Shown here one piece after another: positions 1 through 7,904 of a stretch of DNA of 11,779 nucleotides. The translations under genes and the position numbers were made by a program. Origin of the DNA: Promethearchaeota archaeon (GTDB lineage Archaea > Asgardarchaeota > Lokiarchaeia > Sigyniarchaeales > SOKP01); assembly GCA_048941265.1 (NCBI GenBank), contig JBHLNT010000128.1:1-11779 (forward strand), given 5' to 3'. Each line of letters begins with the position of its first letter. Position 1 is the stretch's first letter. The notes under the pieces are model-generated. The model did no database searches. It was not told the origin of the DNA and saw only the letters and a list, made by a program, of their open reading frames with translations.

Positions 1-197
1 CATTTTTTTTAAAATTAGTATTTATAATTTGAGTAGAACTTTAGATACCGCTCTCTATTTATTTTTTCATTTATAATCAAAGATTGGACTCCTATAAATT
101 AAAAAAAAGAAATAAATATAAATAGAAAAACAGTCTTGAAATAATAAGAACTAATTATATTATAGTTAGATTTTACTTATTAAGGGAGTTAAAAACT

Positions 198-770
198 ATG
201 GAATTTAAACCATGGCGAATGATATGGACGGGAATAGTTGGAATGCTCCTTATGTTACCTACTGCGTATGCCACATTTTATATCTTTGATTTGATTGCTC
301 TTCTTACTGGGGGTTTGATTAAGAATTTTTTCGTTTTGACTAGAACTTTAGGAGGGCCGTTAATAGGTTTTCTAATAAGTGCTTTTGTCGGGGTGTTTTT
401 GATTTGTTTGATTCCAGTCCATTGGGCGCTTATTAATCAACCGGATAATGTAATGTTAATGTTGGCTTTAGTTCTTCCATGGATTATTTGTTGTTCGATA
501 ATGGCATTATTAACATCCAGAAATCCAGAGGAGGCTATTTTTACAAGTTTTGCAATTGGTCTCGGACTTTTTATTATCATGGCGTTTTTTTATCTTGGTT
601 TAGCATTTTTATTAGCAAATTATGGCGGAGGAGCTATTATTGACAGTGCTTCCATTGGATTGACTCAATTACCATTTCTACTATCAACTTTTCTAGCAAC
701 AATGGAAGGGGCGGGAATTGGGGCTGTATTTGCAGCATTGATTGGAAGTATAAAATATGAACCTACTTAA
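198..770 (+). CDS. Uncharacterised polytopic membrane protein (about 5 TM helices)
   Basis: 190-aa ORF, ATG..TAA, with SD-like AAGGGAG at about 182-188. Almost entirely hydrophobic, with about 5 membrane-spanning segments. The last helix is Gly-rich (MEGAGIGAVFAALIG). No family recognised. Confidence 0.8.
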   Translation: MEFKPWRMIWTGIVGMLLMLPTAYATFYIFDLIALLTGGLIKNFFVLTRTLGGPLIGFLISAFVGVFLICLIPVHWALINQPDNVMLMLALVLPWIICCSIMALLTSRNPEEAIFTSFAIGLGLFIIMAFFYLGLAFLLANYGGGAIIDSASIGLTQLPFLLSTFLATMEGAGIGAVFAALIGSIKYEPT

Positions 771-808
771 AAAATTTCGAAATTTTTCTTAAATTCATTA
801 TTTTTTTT
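770..808 (+). terminator. Putative terminator: perfect 18-bp palindrome followed by a T-tract
   Basis: AAAAATTTCGAAATTTTT (770-787) is a perfect palindrome that starts at the last base of the ORF1 stop codon; a T8 run follows at 801-808. Confidence 0.4.
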
Positions 809-956
809 ATAGTAGAATAATAGATTAATGTTTATTTTTTTGAAACGCTTTATACAAAATTAATTAATTAAAACATGGAAAAGAAAGATTTATAATGGAG
901 TACAATATAAATCTATTAAATAAATACTAATATTACCATTAGGATGATGTTTTGAA

Positions 957-1970
957 ATGTCTAAACAAATCAAAGGGATTATAGTATCAAGATTAATTGT
1001 GTTGATTTCAATCATATTAGTTCCAATCGCAATTTTTGTAATCTATAATTTAGTGAAATTTAGATTATGGTTTTCAGATGATCCAGCATTAAATTTTTGG
1101 ATTTTAAAGATTTTGTGTCCATTAGTATTTAGCGTTTCCTGGTTGTTTTTCCTAATATTATTTGCGAATAGATTTTCAGCCACGATAGAAGCAATGGATA
1201 GAACGGTGGGTGTAGTACCCTTAAGATTACGATTTTTTTTCGGACTAAATGCACTGTTTATTTTGTTTATCTTTGTCTTTCCGTTAATCACTCCCATTGT
1301 TTCTATATTAAGTTTTGCTTCAATGGCATGGAGATTAACAACTTTTCGAAAAGAAAGCTGGGACGATTCTAAAGTTTCGTTCGGGACTAAATTTTTAATG
1401 GTTATTTTCTCAATATTGCCAATTTTTTGTACTATTGTTATTCTCCCTCAATATATTTTACTTTCCATTTTCTTATGGGATAATATCTGGTTGCCATTAT
1501 TACCTATTATATTCATAATTTCAGTGTGTTTATGTACGTCTTTAGCCATAGGATCATTATTTTATTTAGTGGCAAATAAGGGAGTAAGTGAATATGAACA
1601 AATTTTCGTTGATACTACTACACCAAAATATGTATGGAATATACGGATCCTAGAAATATTCTTATTCGTTTTTTTCCTATTCTTAGCTTTCGGACAATTT
1701 GCCTTGATTGATTTTTTCTATTATTTAGGGTTTTTTATTGTAGCTATTGTTGCCGTTGTGAATTTTATAAAAGGAAAAAGAAGAGATGTAAGTTTCAAGA
1801 GTCACTTTCTTGGGTATATACTTGCTGCTGTGTTTATGGGCTCAAATTTAATTATATTTAACCCGGCTTTAGCACTAATTATTCAAGAAGTAAGTTTAAT
1901 CGTTTCTGCTATCGTTTTTATATTAATATTTTTCTATACATTTTTCCGATATGACGAATCCGAGATTTAA
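957..1970 (+). CDS. Uncharacterised polytopic membrane protein (about 9-10 TM helices)
   Basis: 337-aa ORF very rich in I/L/F/V, with hydrophobic segments separated by short charged loops (RKESWDDSK, KGKRRD). AGGA lies upstream at 941-944. No family recognised. Confidence 0.8.
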   Translation: MSKQIKGIIVSRLIVLISIILVPIAIFVIYNLVKFRLWFSDDPALNFWILKILCPLVFSVSWLFFLILFANRFSATIEAMDRTVGVVPLRLRFFFGLNALFILFIFVFPLITPIVSILSFASMAWRLTTFRKESWDDSKVSFGTKFLMVIFSILPIFCTIVILPQYILLSIFLWDNIWLPLLPIIFIISVCLCTSLAIGSLFYLVANKGVSEYEQIFVDTTTPKYVWNIRILEIFLFVFFLFLAFGQFALIDFFYYLGFFIVAIVAVVNFIKGKRRDVSFKSHFLGYILAAVFMGSNLIIFNPALALIIQEVSLIVSAIVFILIFFYTFFRYDESEI

Positions 1971-2026
1971 AAGATAAATGAAATACTAAGGTAAGAAAAA
2001 ACAACAAAAACTCAAAACAATAAATC

Positions 2027-2034
2027 TTTTTTTT
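2027..2034 (+). terminator. Oligo-T tract, possible archaeal terminator
   Basis: T8 run about 57 nt after the ORF2 stop. Archaeal intrinsic terminators are oligo-T, but such runs are common in this AT-rich DNA. Confidence 0.25.
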
Positions 2035-2448
2035 AATATCTATAAACTATTATATCAAATTGATATTAAATTAACAATTTCTAATGGAAATACAATTTAA
2101 ATAAAATCCTACATAAAAATTTTTTTTTTTGATTGAAATTTCGCAAGATTATATATAGTAAGTGTAATTTTTAGGTTTCTCTAGTATAAGCGAATATAAA
2201 TTCTCTTATCATTTTTTATATTCCTAATGCGTCATTGTACTTTTTATTAAAGTGTTGTTTACACTTAAAAATTAATTCTAATTTTAACTATTGATGGAAT
2301 TTAATAGCATTATTAATAAATAAATTAAATTTATTAAAAAGTTCTATTCCACGCGAAACTAAATTCTTAAAAAGCTAAATTTGAATTATAAATCTTAGAT
2401 TCATATTTTTTAAAAAAAATTAAAATTTAAACAAAAAGGAAAAAAGAT

Positions 2449-4551
2449 ATGAAGTTTATAGATTTTAAAACTCTAATGATTTTATCTTTTTTCATAACAT
2501 CTATGGCTGCTTTGCCGGTAATGGCTTTAGGGCAAGACAATAGTGGAAGTAGTGATGAAGAGTACAAAGATAGTGAACAATACGGTGCATTTGAAAACTT
2601 TCAGGGAGGGTTTGGCGGGGTTTTTAGTAAAAATCTGGGACCTGGAGGAGAAATACTTGGAACTTTATTTGAAATGTTACTTCTTGATGGTGTTGATTTT
2701 AAAGATGACCAAAAACTAGAAGGAATTTATGTGTTAAGTGCCGATAAAGAAGAAGTATATACAGGAAACTATTCTTTTGCTCAAAATATGGATACCCAAG
2801 AAATCCATTATCTTCCATTTTACAATTCGACTGGAGGTACTGCAAATCAATATCGAATTGATTCTCTTGAAGGATATGCCTATTGTGTTGTTGAAAAGGA
2901 AGGGGGATTTGAATACAATTTGACTATTGGTGCCGCATTAACCCTTATCATTATGGATTACGATGGATCGTTTATAGAAGCCGCAGAAAAAGTTCTTGAT
3001 TGGGCAGTAAGATTTAGAGAGGCAGAAAAAAAAGATAAAATAAACCAAAAAATTGTCGCTGAAGGAGTTCAAGTATTATCTTGGCTTTTAGTTCATATTA
3101 ACGAAATTTTTACCGGAGATGAGTTATTCGTGTTTAACCCTATCGTATGGCAATCTTTAGAAATGAATCCGTGGCCAGATTTTAATATTAAAAAAACTTG
3201 GTATGATTCTGGTTTTAATAATGGTATAGAATATGGTGCTGGTGATGATACCCTTTTACCTTCAGTAACCGACCCAACATTATTAACAGAATGGAATATT
3301 TCTGCTGCCTTAACGAGAGATAGTTATATGCAATGGTTACTAACAGATTTTGATGCAGCAGACCTTGCAGAGACTATTTGGACTCAGTTCTCGTTTGATT
3401 TAGCTCAATTATGGGTAAAAGAATTCTATGTAGAACTTGATTTATCTGTGTTATCCCATGGTAAGCATGCTGATATTGATGATATGTTAGAAAGAGCTGA
3501 TGTAGAATTTTATTTATTCACACACCATTTAGCTGGAGCATTTTTATACTATGATTCGGATAAAAGTGGAGATATGACAGTTAAATATGATTATGCCAGA
3601 AATGAAACTGGGGATATAATCTATACTAATGGTACTGCAGCTATGATACCTACTAGTAATGAAGTAACTCATAGATTGATTTTAGGAACGGTTGAGGATT
3701 TTGATTTCAAGGTACCTGAAGTTGATAAAGAAGATGATAGTGTGTCTTGGGGTTTGTTATTAAAAAATGCTAATATGTCAGCAGTACCAGTGGGGGTAGA
3801 CTTGAATTCTTATGTGAATGCTCCCGAGGAAGAACTTGCTTATATATACTTCGGATTAGAATTTCAATCAGAGACAGATAAACATAAAAATGGAGAAATT
3901 GAACAAGCAGCCCATGTGAAATTAGAGACCAATTTTGCTCCATGGAATGATAATGATAATCCTTATCCAAATCAAGAAATTGATGATTTAGATATGGCAA
4001 TTATTTATCTTTCAAGCATTTTACACTTTGATTTACATATCGAAAAGGGTGACAAAGTTGAACCTGAGGAAAATGAGGATTTTACAGATCAAAGTTACTC
4101 ATCAAGTTCACATACGTTAAAAGTAGGAGACTACCTCAATGAAGATAATAAAGACAAGCTTGATTTTGTCGATATTGCTGGTCCGGGTTATTTGTTAGGC
4201 AATTCTACTAATAGAGATCGATATGCTGTTAACACAAGTATTATTCCGATTGCTTTATGGGAGGGTGAAGAACATAGAAGCGAGACTGATGTTGAAAATA
4301 AAGATAACACAGACGATGATTTTGAGGCTGATGTTGATGCTGTAGCTCAATGGAATATTATATTGTATGCAGTTTGCTATCCCGACTTTAATGGTACAGG
4401 TAATGGTATTTGGCATGATCCTACCTTCAGCGTCTATATGGTGTTTACTCCTGAAGAACCTAGCTTCTGGGCATTAATCTTGCTCATATCTGGGGTTGGT
4501 CTAGCCGGTGTTGCGACAATCTTAATCAAAAGGAGAAAAGATAAATGGTAA
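2449..4551 (+). CDS. Secreted acidic cell-surface glycoprotein with a C-terminal membrane anchor (type I topology)
   Basis: N-terminal signal peptide (MKFIDFK-hydrophobic-ALG). D/E-rich ectodomain with 10 N-x-S/T sequons and a DxDxSG Ca-loop-like motif (YDSDKSGD). Ends in WHDPTF, then PSF + TM helix + basic tail KRRKDKW. Confidence 0.85.
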   Translation: MKFIDFKTLMILSFFITSMAALPVMALGQDNSGSSDEEYKDSEQYGAFENFQGGFGGVFSKNLGPGGEILGTLFEMLLLDGVDFKDDQKLEGIYVLSADKEEVYTGNYSFAQNMDTQEIHYLPFYNSTGGTANQYRIDSLEGYAYCVVEKEGGFEYNLTIGAALTLIIMDYDGSFIEAAEKVLDWAVRFREAEKKDKINQKIVAEGVQVLSWLLVHINEIFTGDELFVFNPIVWQSLEMNPWPDFNIKKTWYDSGFNNGIEYGAGDDTLLPSVTDPTLLTEWNISAALTRDSYMQWLLTDFDAADLAETIWTQFSFDLAQLWVKEFYVELDLSVLSHGKHADIDDMLERADVEFYLFTHHLAGAFLYYDSDKSGDMTVKYDYARNETGDIIYTNGTAAMIPTSNEVTHRLILGTVEDFDFKVPEVDKEDDSVSWGLLLKNANMSAVPVGVDLNSYVNAPEEELAYIYFGLEFQSETDKHKNGEIEQAAHVKLETNFAPWNDNDNPYPNQEIDDLDMAIIYLSSILHFDLHIEKGDKVEPEENEDFTDQSYSSSSHTLKVGDYLNEDNKDKLDFVDIAGPGYLLGNSTNRDRYAVNTSIIPIALWEGEEHRSETDVENKDNTDDDFEADVDAVAQWNIILYAVCYPDFNGTGNGIWHDPTFSVYMVFTPEEPSFWALILLISGVGLAGVATILIKRRKDKW

Positions 4552-4586
4552 AAAACCAGATTAACTTTTAAATTTTTATTTAATAC

Positions 4587-4595
4587 TTTTTTTTT
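4587..4595 (+). terminator. Oligo-T tract, possible terminator of the surface-protein gene
   Basis: T9 run about 36 nt after the stop, inside a long T-rich stretch (about 4565-4625). Confidence 0.35.
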
Positions 4596-4825
4596 AATTT
4601 TCTATTTCTTTACATTTTTTCTTATTATTATTAAACTGTTTTGGTATTTTTAATTAATGTATTGCTATTTAAGGACATTCTAATTATTTTCTTTTACGGA
4701 ATTCATAATTTGAATTAATTTAACACAAAAACTTTTAACAAATAGTGCATTATGAGAATCATTATTAAAATAAAATTAAAGGATTTAAGATTTCAAAGAA
4801 GAATAATAAAAAGTACTTAAAGAAA

Positions 4826-4831
4826 AGGTGA
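4826..4831 (+). promoter_or_regulatory. Shine-Dalgarno site of the acyl-CoA ligase gene
   Basis: AGGTGA ending 11 nt before the ATG at 4843; matches the archaeal GGTGA consensus. Confidence 0.5.
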
Positions 4832-4842
4832 GATAATAAGAG

Positions 4843-6627
4843 ATGCCAATAAAGAGTGAAGATAAATATCAAGTTAGTGAAAACAAGAGATGGTTTCAAA
4901 AATGGTGGCCTAATGACGTCCCAAAAAATATAGCATTACCAGAAATAACTGTCAATGAAATGCTTGAAGAACAAGTTAAAAAATACGCAGATCATAATAT
5001 AATGTGGTTTTTAGAAACTTGGATGACTTATAGAGAATTTCAAGATCATGTAAATGCCTTTGCTACAGCTCTGAATAATTTAGGTATTAAAAAGAGTGAT
5101 GTTGTTGCTATGCATTTACCAAATTGTTTCCAATATGTTATAAGTTATTATGCAATCACTAAACTTGGGGCAATCGCTACTGGTGTAAATCCAACATACC
5201 AGACTATGGAAATTTTACATCAATTAGATATTACTAAACCGAAAGTGCTTATCGTTCTTGATGCGTTATATGAACCTTATATTAAACCAATCATTGCTAA
5301 ATCTAGTATAGAGAAAGTTATCTACACAAATGTCGCTGATTTGGCTCACGGATTAGGTTTTAAAAGAATCTTAGGAAATTTGTTAAAAAAAATTCCCAAA
5401 GGTAAAGTCGATTTTCCTGGAGCATTTAAGTTTATGGATCTGTTAAACACTTCACCAGCAGTTCCAAATATAAAAATTGATGTTAAAACCCATCCAGCAA
5501 CCTATATAATGACGGGAGGGACCACTGGTTTGCCTAAAGCTGCTGTTTTAACCCATTTCAATGTTGTGTCTAATGCCATTCAATGTGTGTATTGGTTAGG
5601 AGGAGAAACTCCTGGTATTGGATGTGTTGGTATTCTTCCATTATTTCACAGTTTTGCCCATACAGTTGTCATGAATACAACAATAAAATTTGGGGGATGG
5701 ATGATGTTATTCCCAAAACCTCCCGATACTGAGGAATTACTTGCGGATATTGAGAAATTACCTGCACCTGAAGGTTTAGTCTATCCTGGAGCTGAAATTT
5801 TATTTAAGAGGTTAGCAGAATTTACAGATATTAAAAAATATCCTAGAGTGATGGGAAAACTAAAATTATGTGTTTCTGGAGCAGGACCGCTGCATAGACC
5901 TGTGCATGATGCTTTTGTAGAAAATACTGGAGGGCATATTGTTGAAGGTTATGGATTGAGTGAATCTAGTCCAGTAATTAGTGCTGGGAATTTATTTGGA
6001 GAAAGTCCAATAGGGGTAATTGGTATGCCCTTTCCAGCAACAGAGTGGGGGATCTGGCCTGTCGAAGATTTTAATCAAGGTCCAATTTGTTTAGGAAATC
6101 CGGATGATATAAATTTTGGTGAAGAACACACTGGAGAATTATGTGTTCATGGTCCACAAGTTATGTTGGAATACTTAGATAACCCAGAAGAAACTGCTGA
6201 TACAATTAAAGAATATAATGGAAAATTATGGCTATTAACAGGAGATATCGGATTTATGAACGAGGATGGGACAGTTGAGTTGCGAGATAGAAAAAAACAA
6301 CTTATTAAATACAAAGGATATTCGGTCTATCCAAAAGAAGTAGAAGAACTTCTTATGAAACATCCTGAAATTTCAGAGGTTGCTGTCGCAGGATTACCAC
6401 ATGATGATTTTGGAGAAGCTGTTAAAGCTTGGGTCGAATTAACTCCTGGTTCTACTCTCACTGAAGAAGCCATCAAAGAATGGGCTGCAGAAAATATGAC
6501 ACATTATAAACGCCCTTATTATGTGGAAATTATTGAAGAAGTCCCTAAAAATTTAATAGGAAAAGTACAAAGGCGTTTACTACAAGAAGCAGATCCAATT
6601 TGGCAAGAAAAACACAAAACAATTTAA
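4843..6627 (+). CDS. fadD: Long-chain-fatty-acid--CoA ligase (ANL adenylate-forming family)
   Basis: P-loop MTGGTTGLPK, plus LPLFHSF, EGYGLSE, GELCVHGPQVM, TGDIG, DRKKQLIK and the C-terminal catalytic Lys in PKNLIGK. The N-terminal WWPNDVP motif is typical of FadD-like enzymes. Substrate chain length cannot be read from the sequence. Confidence 0.9.
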   Translation: MPIKSEDKYQVSENKRWFQKWWPNDVPKNIALPEITVNEMLEEQVKKYADHNIMWFLETWMTYREFQDHVNAFATALNNLGIKKSDVVAMHLPNCFQYVISYYAITKLGAIATGVNPTYQTMEILHQLDITKPKVLIVLDALYEPYIKPIIAKSSIEKVIYTNVADLAHGLGFKRILGNLLKKIPKGKVDFPGAFKFMDLLNTSPAVPNIKIDVKTHPATYIMTGGTTGLPKAAVLTHFNVVSNAIQCVYWLGGETPGIGCVGILPLFHSFAHTVVMNTTIKFGGWMMLFPKPPDTEELLADIEKLPAPEGLVYPGAEILFKRLAEFTDIKKYPRVMGKLKLCVSGAGPLHRPVHDAFVENTGGHIVEGYGLSESSPVISAGNLFGESPIGVIGMPFPATEWGIWPVEDFNQGPICLGNPDDINFGEEHTGELCVHGPQVMLEYLDNPEETADTIKEYNGKLWLLTGDIGFMNEDGTVELRDRKKQLIKYKGYSVYPKEVEELLMKHPEISEVAVAGLPHDDFGEAVKAWVELTPGSTLTEEAIKEWAAENMTHYKRPYYVEIIEEVPKNLIGKVQRRLLQEADPIWQEKHKTI

Positions 6628-6653
6628 CAATTTCTTTTCTTTAAATTTATAAA

Positions 6654-7175
6654 TTAATAAAAATCAGACGTTTGGAGCATTAATCTGGTTAATGCTTCAA
6701 AAGCTTCTTCAACATTTTCACCTGTTTTCGAGCTACACTCTATAAACGCTTCCATATCTCTTGATTTAGCTATTTTGATTCCCTCTTCGCTGCTAACTTC
6801 ACGTTCTTCAAGATCAGCTTTGCCTCCAACTACAATAACAGGGAACATATCTACTATCTTTTTTCTAATTACAGTCAGCCAATCATCAATATGGGCCAAA
6901 GAAGAATAATTAGTTATATCATACATGAAGATTCCACCATTTGCACCTTTAACATATGTAGGTAATAAGAATCTAAAACGTTCCTCCCCACCAAAATCCC
7001 AAATCTGAAGCTTAACTTTTTTCTCATCTATTTCTAAACTTTTTACTTCGAAATCAACACCTATTGTCATAGTTGTATCTCCCTTAAATAAATTGGTCAA
7101 ATATCTTTGAGTTAGAGTGGTCTTACCGCACCCTGCGTCTCCGAATATCACTATTTTATAAGTTGCGTCATACAT
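6654..7175 (-). CDS. Rab-like small GTPase (Asgard Ras-superfamily eukaryotic signature protein)
   Basis: G1 GDAGCGKT, G2 T37, G3 WDFGG, G4 GKAD, G5 CSSK. RabF-like motifs IGVDF, KLQIW, RFRFLL, YVKGA, FMYDIT. No C-terminal Cys prenylation tail. Confidence 0.93.
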   Translation of the reverse strand: MYDATYKIVIFGDAGCGKTTLTQRYLTNLFKGDTTMTIGVDFEVKSLEIDEKKVKLQIWDFGGEERFRFLLPTYVKGANGGIFMYDITNYSSLAHIDDWLTVIRKKIVDMFPVIVVGGKADLEEREVSSEEGIKIAKSRDMEAFIECSSKTGENVEEAFEALTRLMLQTSDFY

Positions 7176-7324
7176 GGCTCTAATACGATTTAACTATGAT
7201 TTTTTTCTTATCTCTTAACATTATGATTTCTATTAATTAATTTAAATTTTCGTTTTTAATAAATCTATATATAGTATCTCATTTACCCTTTATAAAAATT
7301 AATTTTAGATTTAACTTAGCCTCA

Positions 7325-7723
7325 TTATGCGTCCTTAATTAATACTTCTACAGCAGCATTGCATATTATCATTTTGTCAGAGGTATCCCCTAATTCTCTG
7401 ATCATGATACCCCGAGCAACAAGCCCTCCTTTTTCCACTTCAAGTGATTTTTCTCCAAAAGGAACTGCTTTTAACACCTTTTTTTCATCAATCTTATCTG
7501 GATATGGTGCTCCTATCTTTACATGGACTTTCATTCGTAAAAGATCTTTAGGTTCTTTAAAATTACAGAAATCGGCTATACCAGTTAAACAATTGTTAGA
7601 TATGGCATTTTTAATAGCTTTTATTGCCGCATTTGTACAATCATCATCATGTCCATGTTGATCGACACCCATACCTATCTGAACGACAAATCGTTTGTAG
7701 TGTTGGTTCATGAGTATTGCCAT
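7325..7723 (-). CDS. Lin0512 family protein (function unknown); the true start may be the second Met at 7711
   Basis: Family signature KRFVVQIGMGVDQHG..D.T.AA.KA..NAI..N, followed by V.IGAPYP, PFG, GGL and NAAVEV. Confidence 0.85.
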   Translation of the reverse strand: MAILMNQHYKRFVVQIGMGVDQHGHDDDCTNAAIKAIKNAISNNCLTGIADFCNFKEPKDLLRMKVHVKIGAPYPDKIDEKKVLKAVPFGEKSLEVEKGGLVARGIMIRELGDTSDKMIICNAAVEVLIKDA

Positions 7724-7904
7724 TTCTACGATGAATGGTGATATGATAGGGTAATTAAATAATTCTTCAATTTTATGTTTTATTCCTACCTATATAAAAA
7801 ATTTTATGAGCTACTCTTAATATATTTTAACAATACTTAATTGAAAGTTTAACATATTCTTCAAAAAATAAATAAATAATAAATTTGGTCTTTTAAAAGC
7901 TGCG

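Noticed and set aside
1-3. CAT at the window edge as the start of a divergent minus-strand gene
   Set aside because: Plausible given the AT-rich 1-197 spacer, but untestable without flanking sequence.
1043-1297. 84-aa minus-strand ORF
   Set aside because: Antisense shadow of the membrane-protein gene; its K/N/I-rich composition is what reverse-complemented hydrophobic codons produce.
2738-4000. Short ORFs 2738-2923 (+) and 3770-4000 (-)
   Set aside because: Both are nested in the 700-aa gene and show no motifs.
4525-4551. Tail KRRKDKW as a COPI dilysine signal (and the ORF2 tail -SEI as a PDZ ligand)
   Set aside because: The lysines are at -2 and -4, not at -3/-4 or -3/-5, and the positive-inside rule explains the tail. 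A 3-residue PDZ match is not significant.
4843-7175. Idea that FadD supplies acyl groups to lipidate the adjacent Rab-like GTPase
   Set aside because: The genes are convergent, the GTPase has no terminal Cys or Gly acceptor, and both families are highly expanded in Lokiarchaeia, so adjacency is expected by chance.
7359-7661. 100-aa plus-strand ORF ending in CPC, like a Rab CxC prenylation motif
   Set aside because: It is antisense to the clearly conserved Lin0512 gene and on the opposite strand from the GTPase, so the CxC is coincidental.
7724-7789. Lin0512 frame open 22 codons upstream, with a weak hairpin covering the first ATG
   Set aside because: The extension has no canonical start codon, family similarity begins near KRFVV, and the hairpin is short and matches no riboswitch I recognise.
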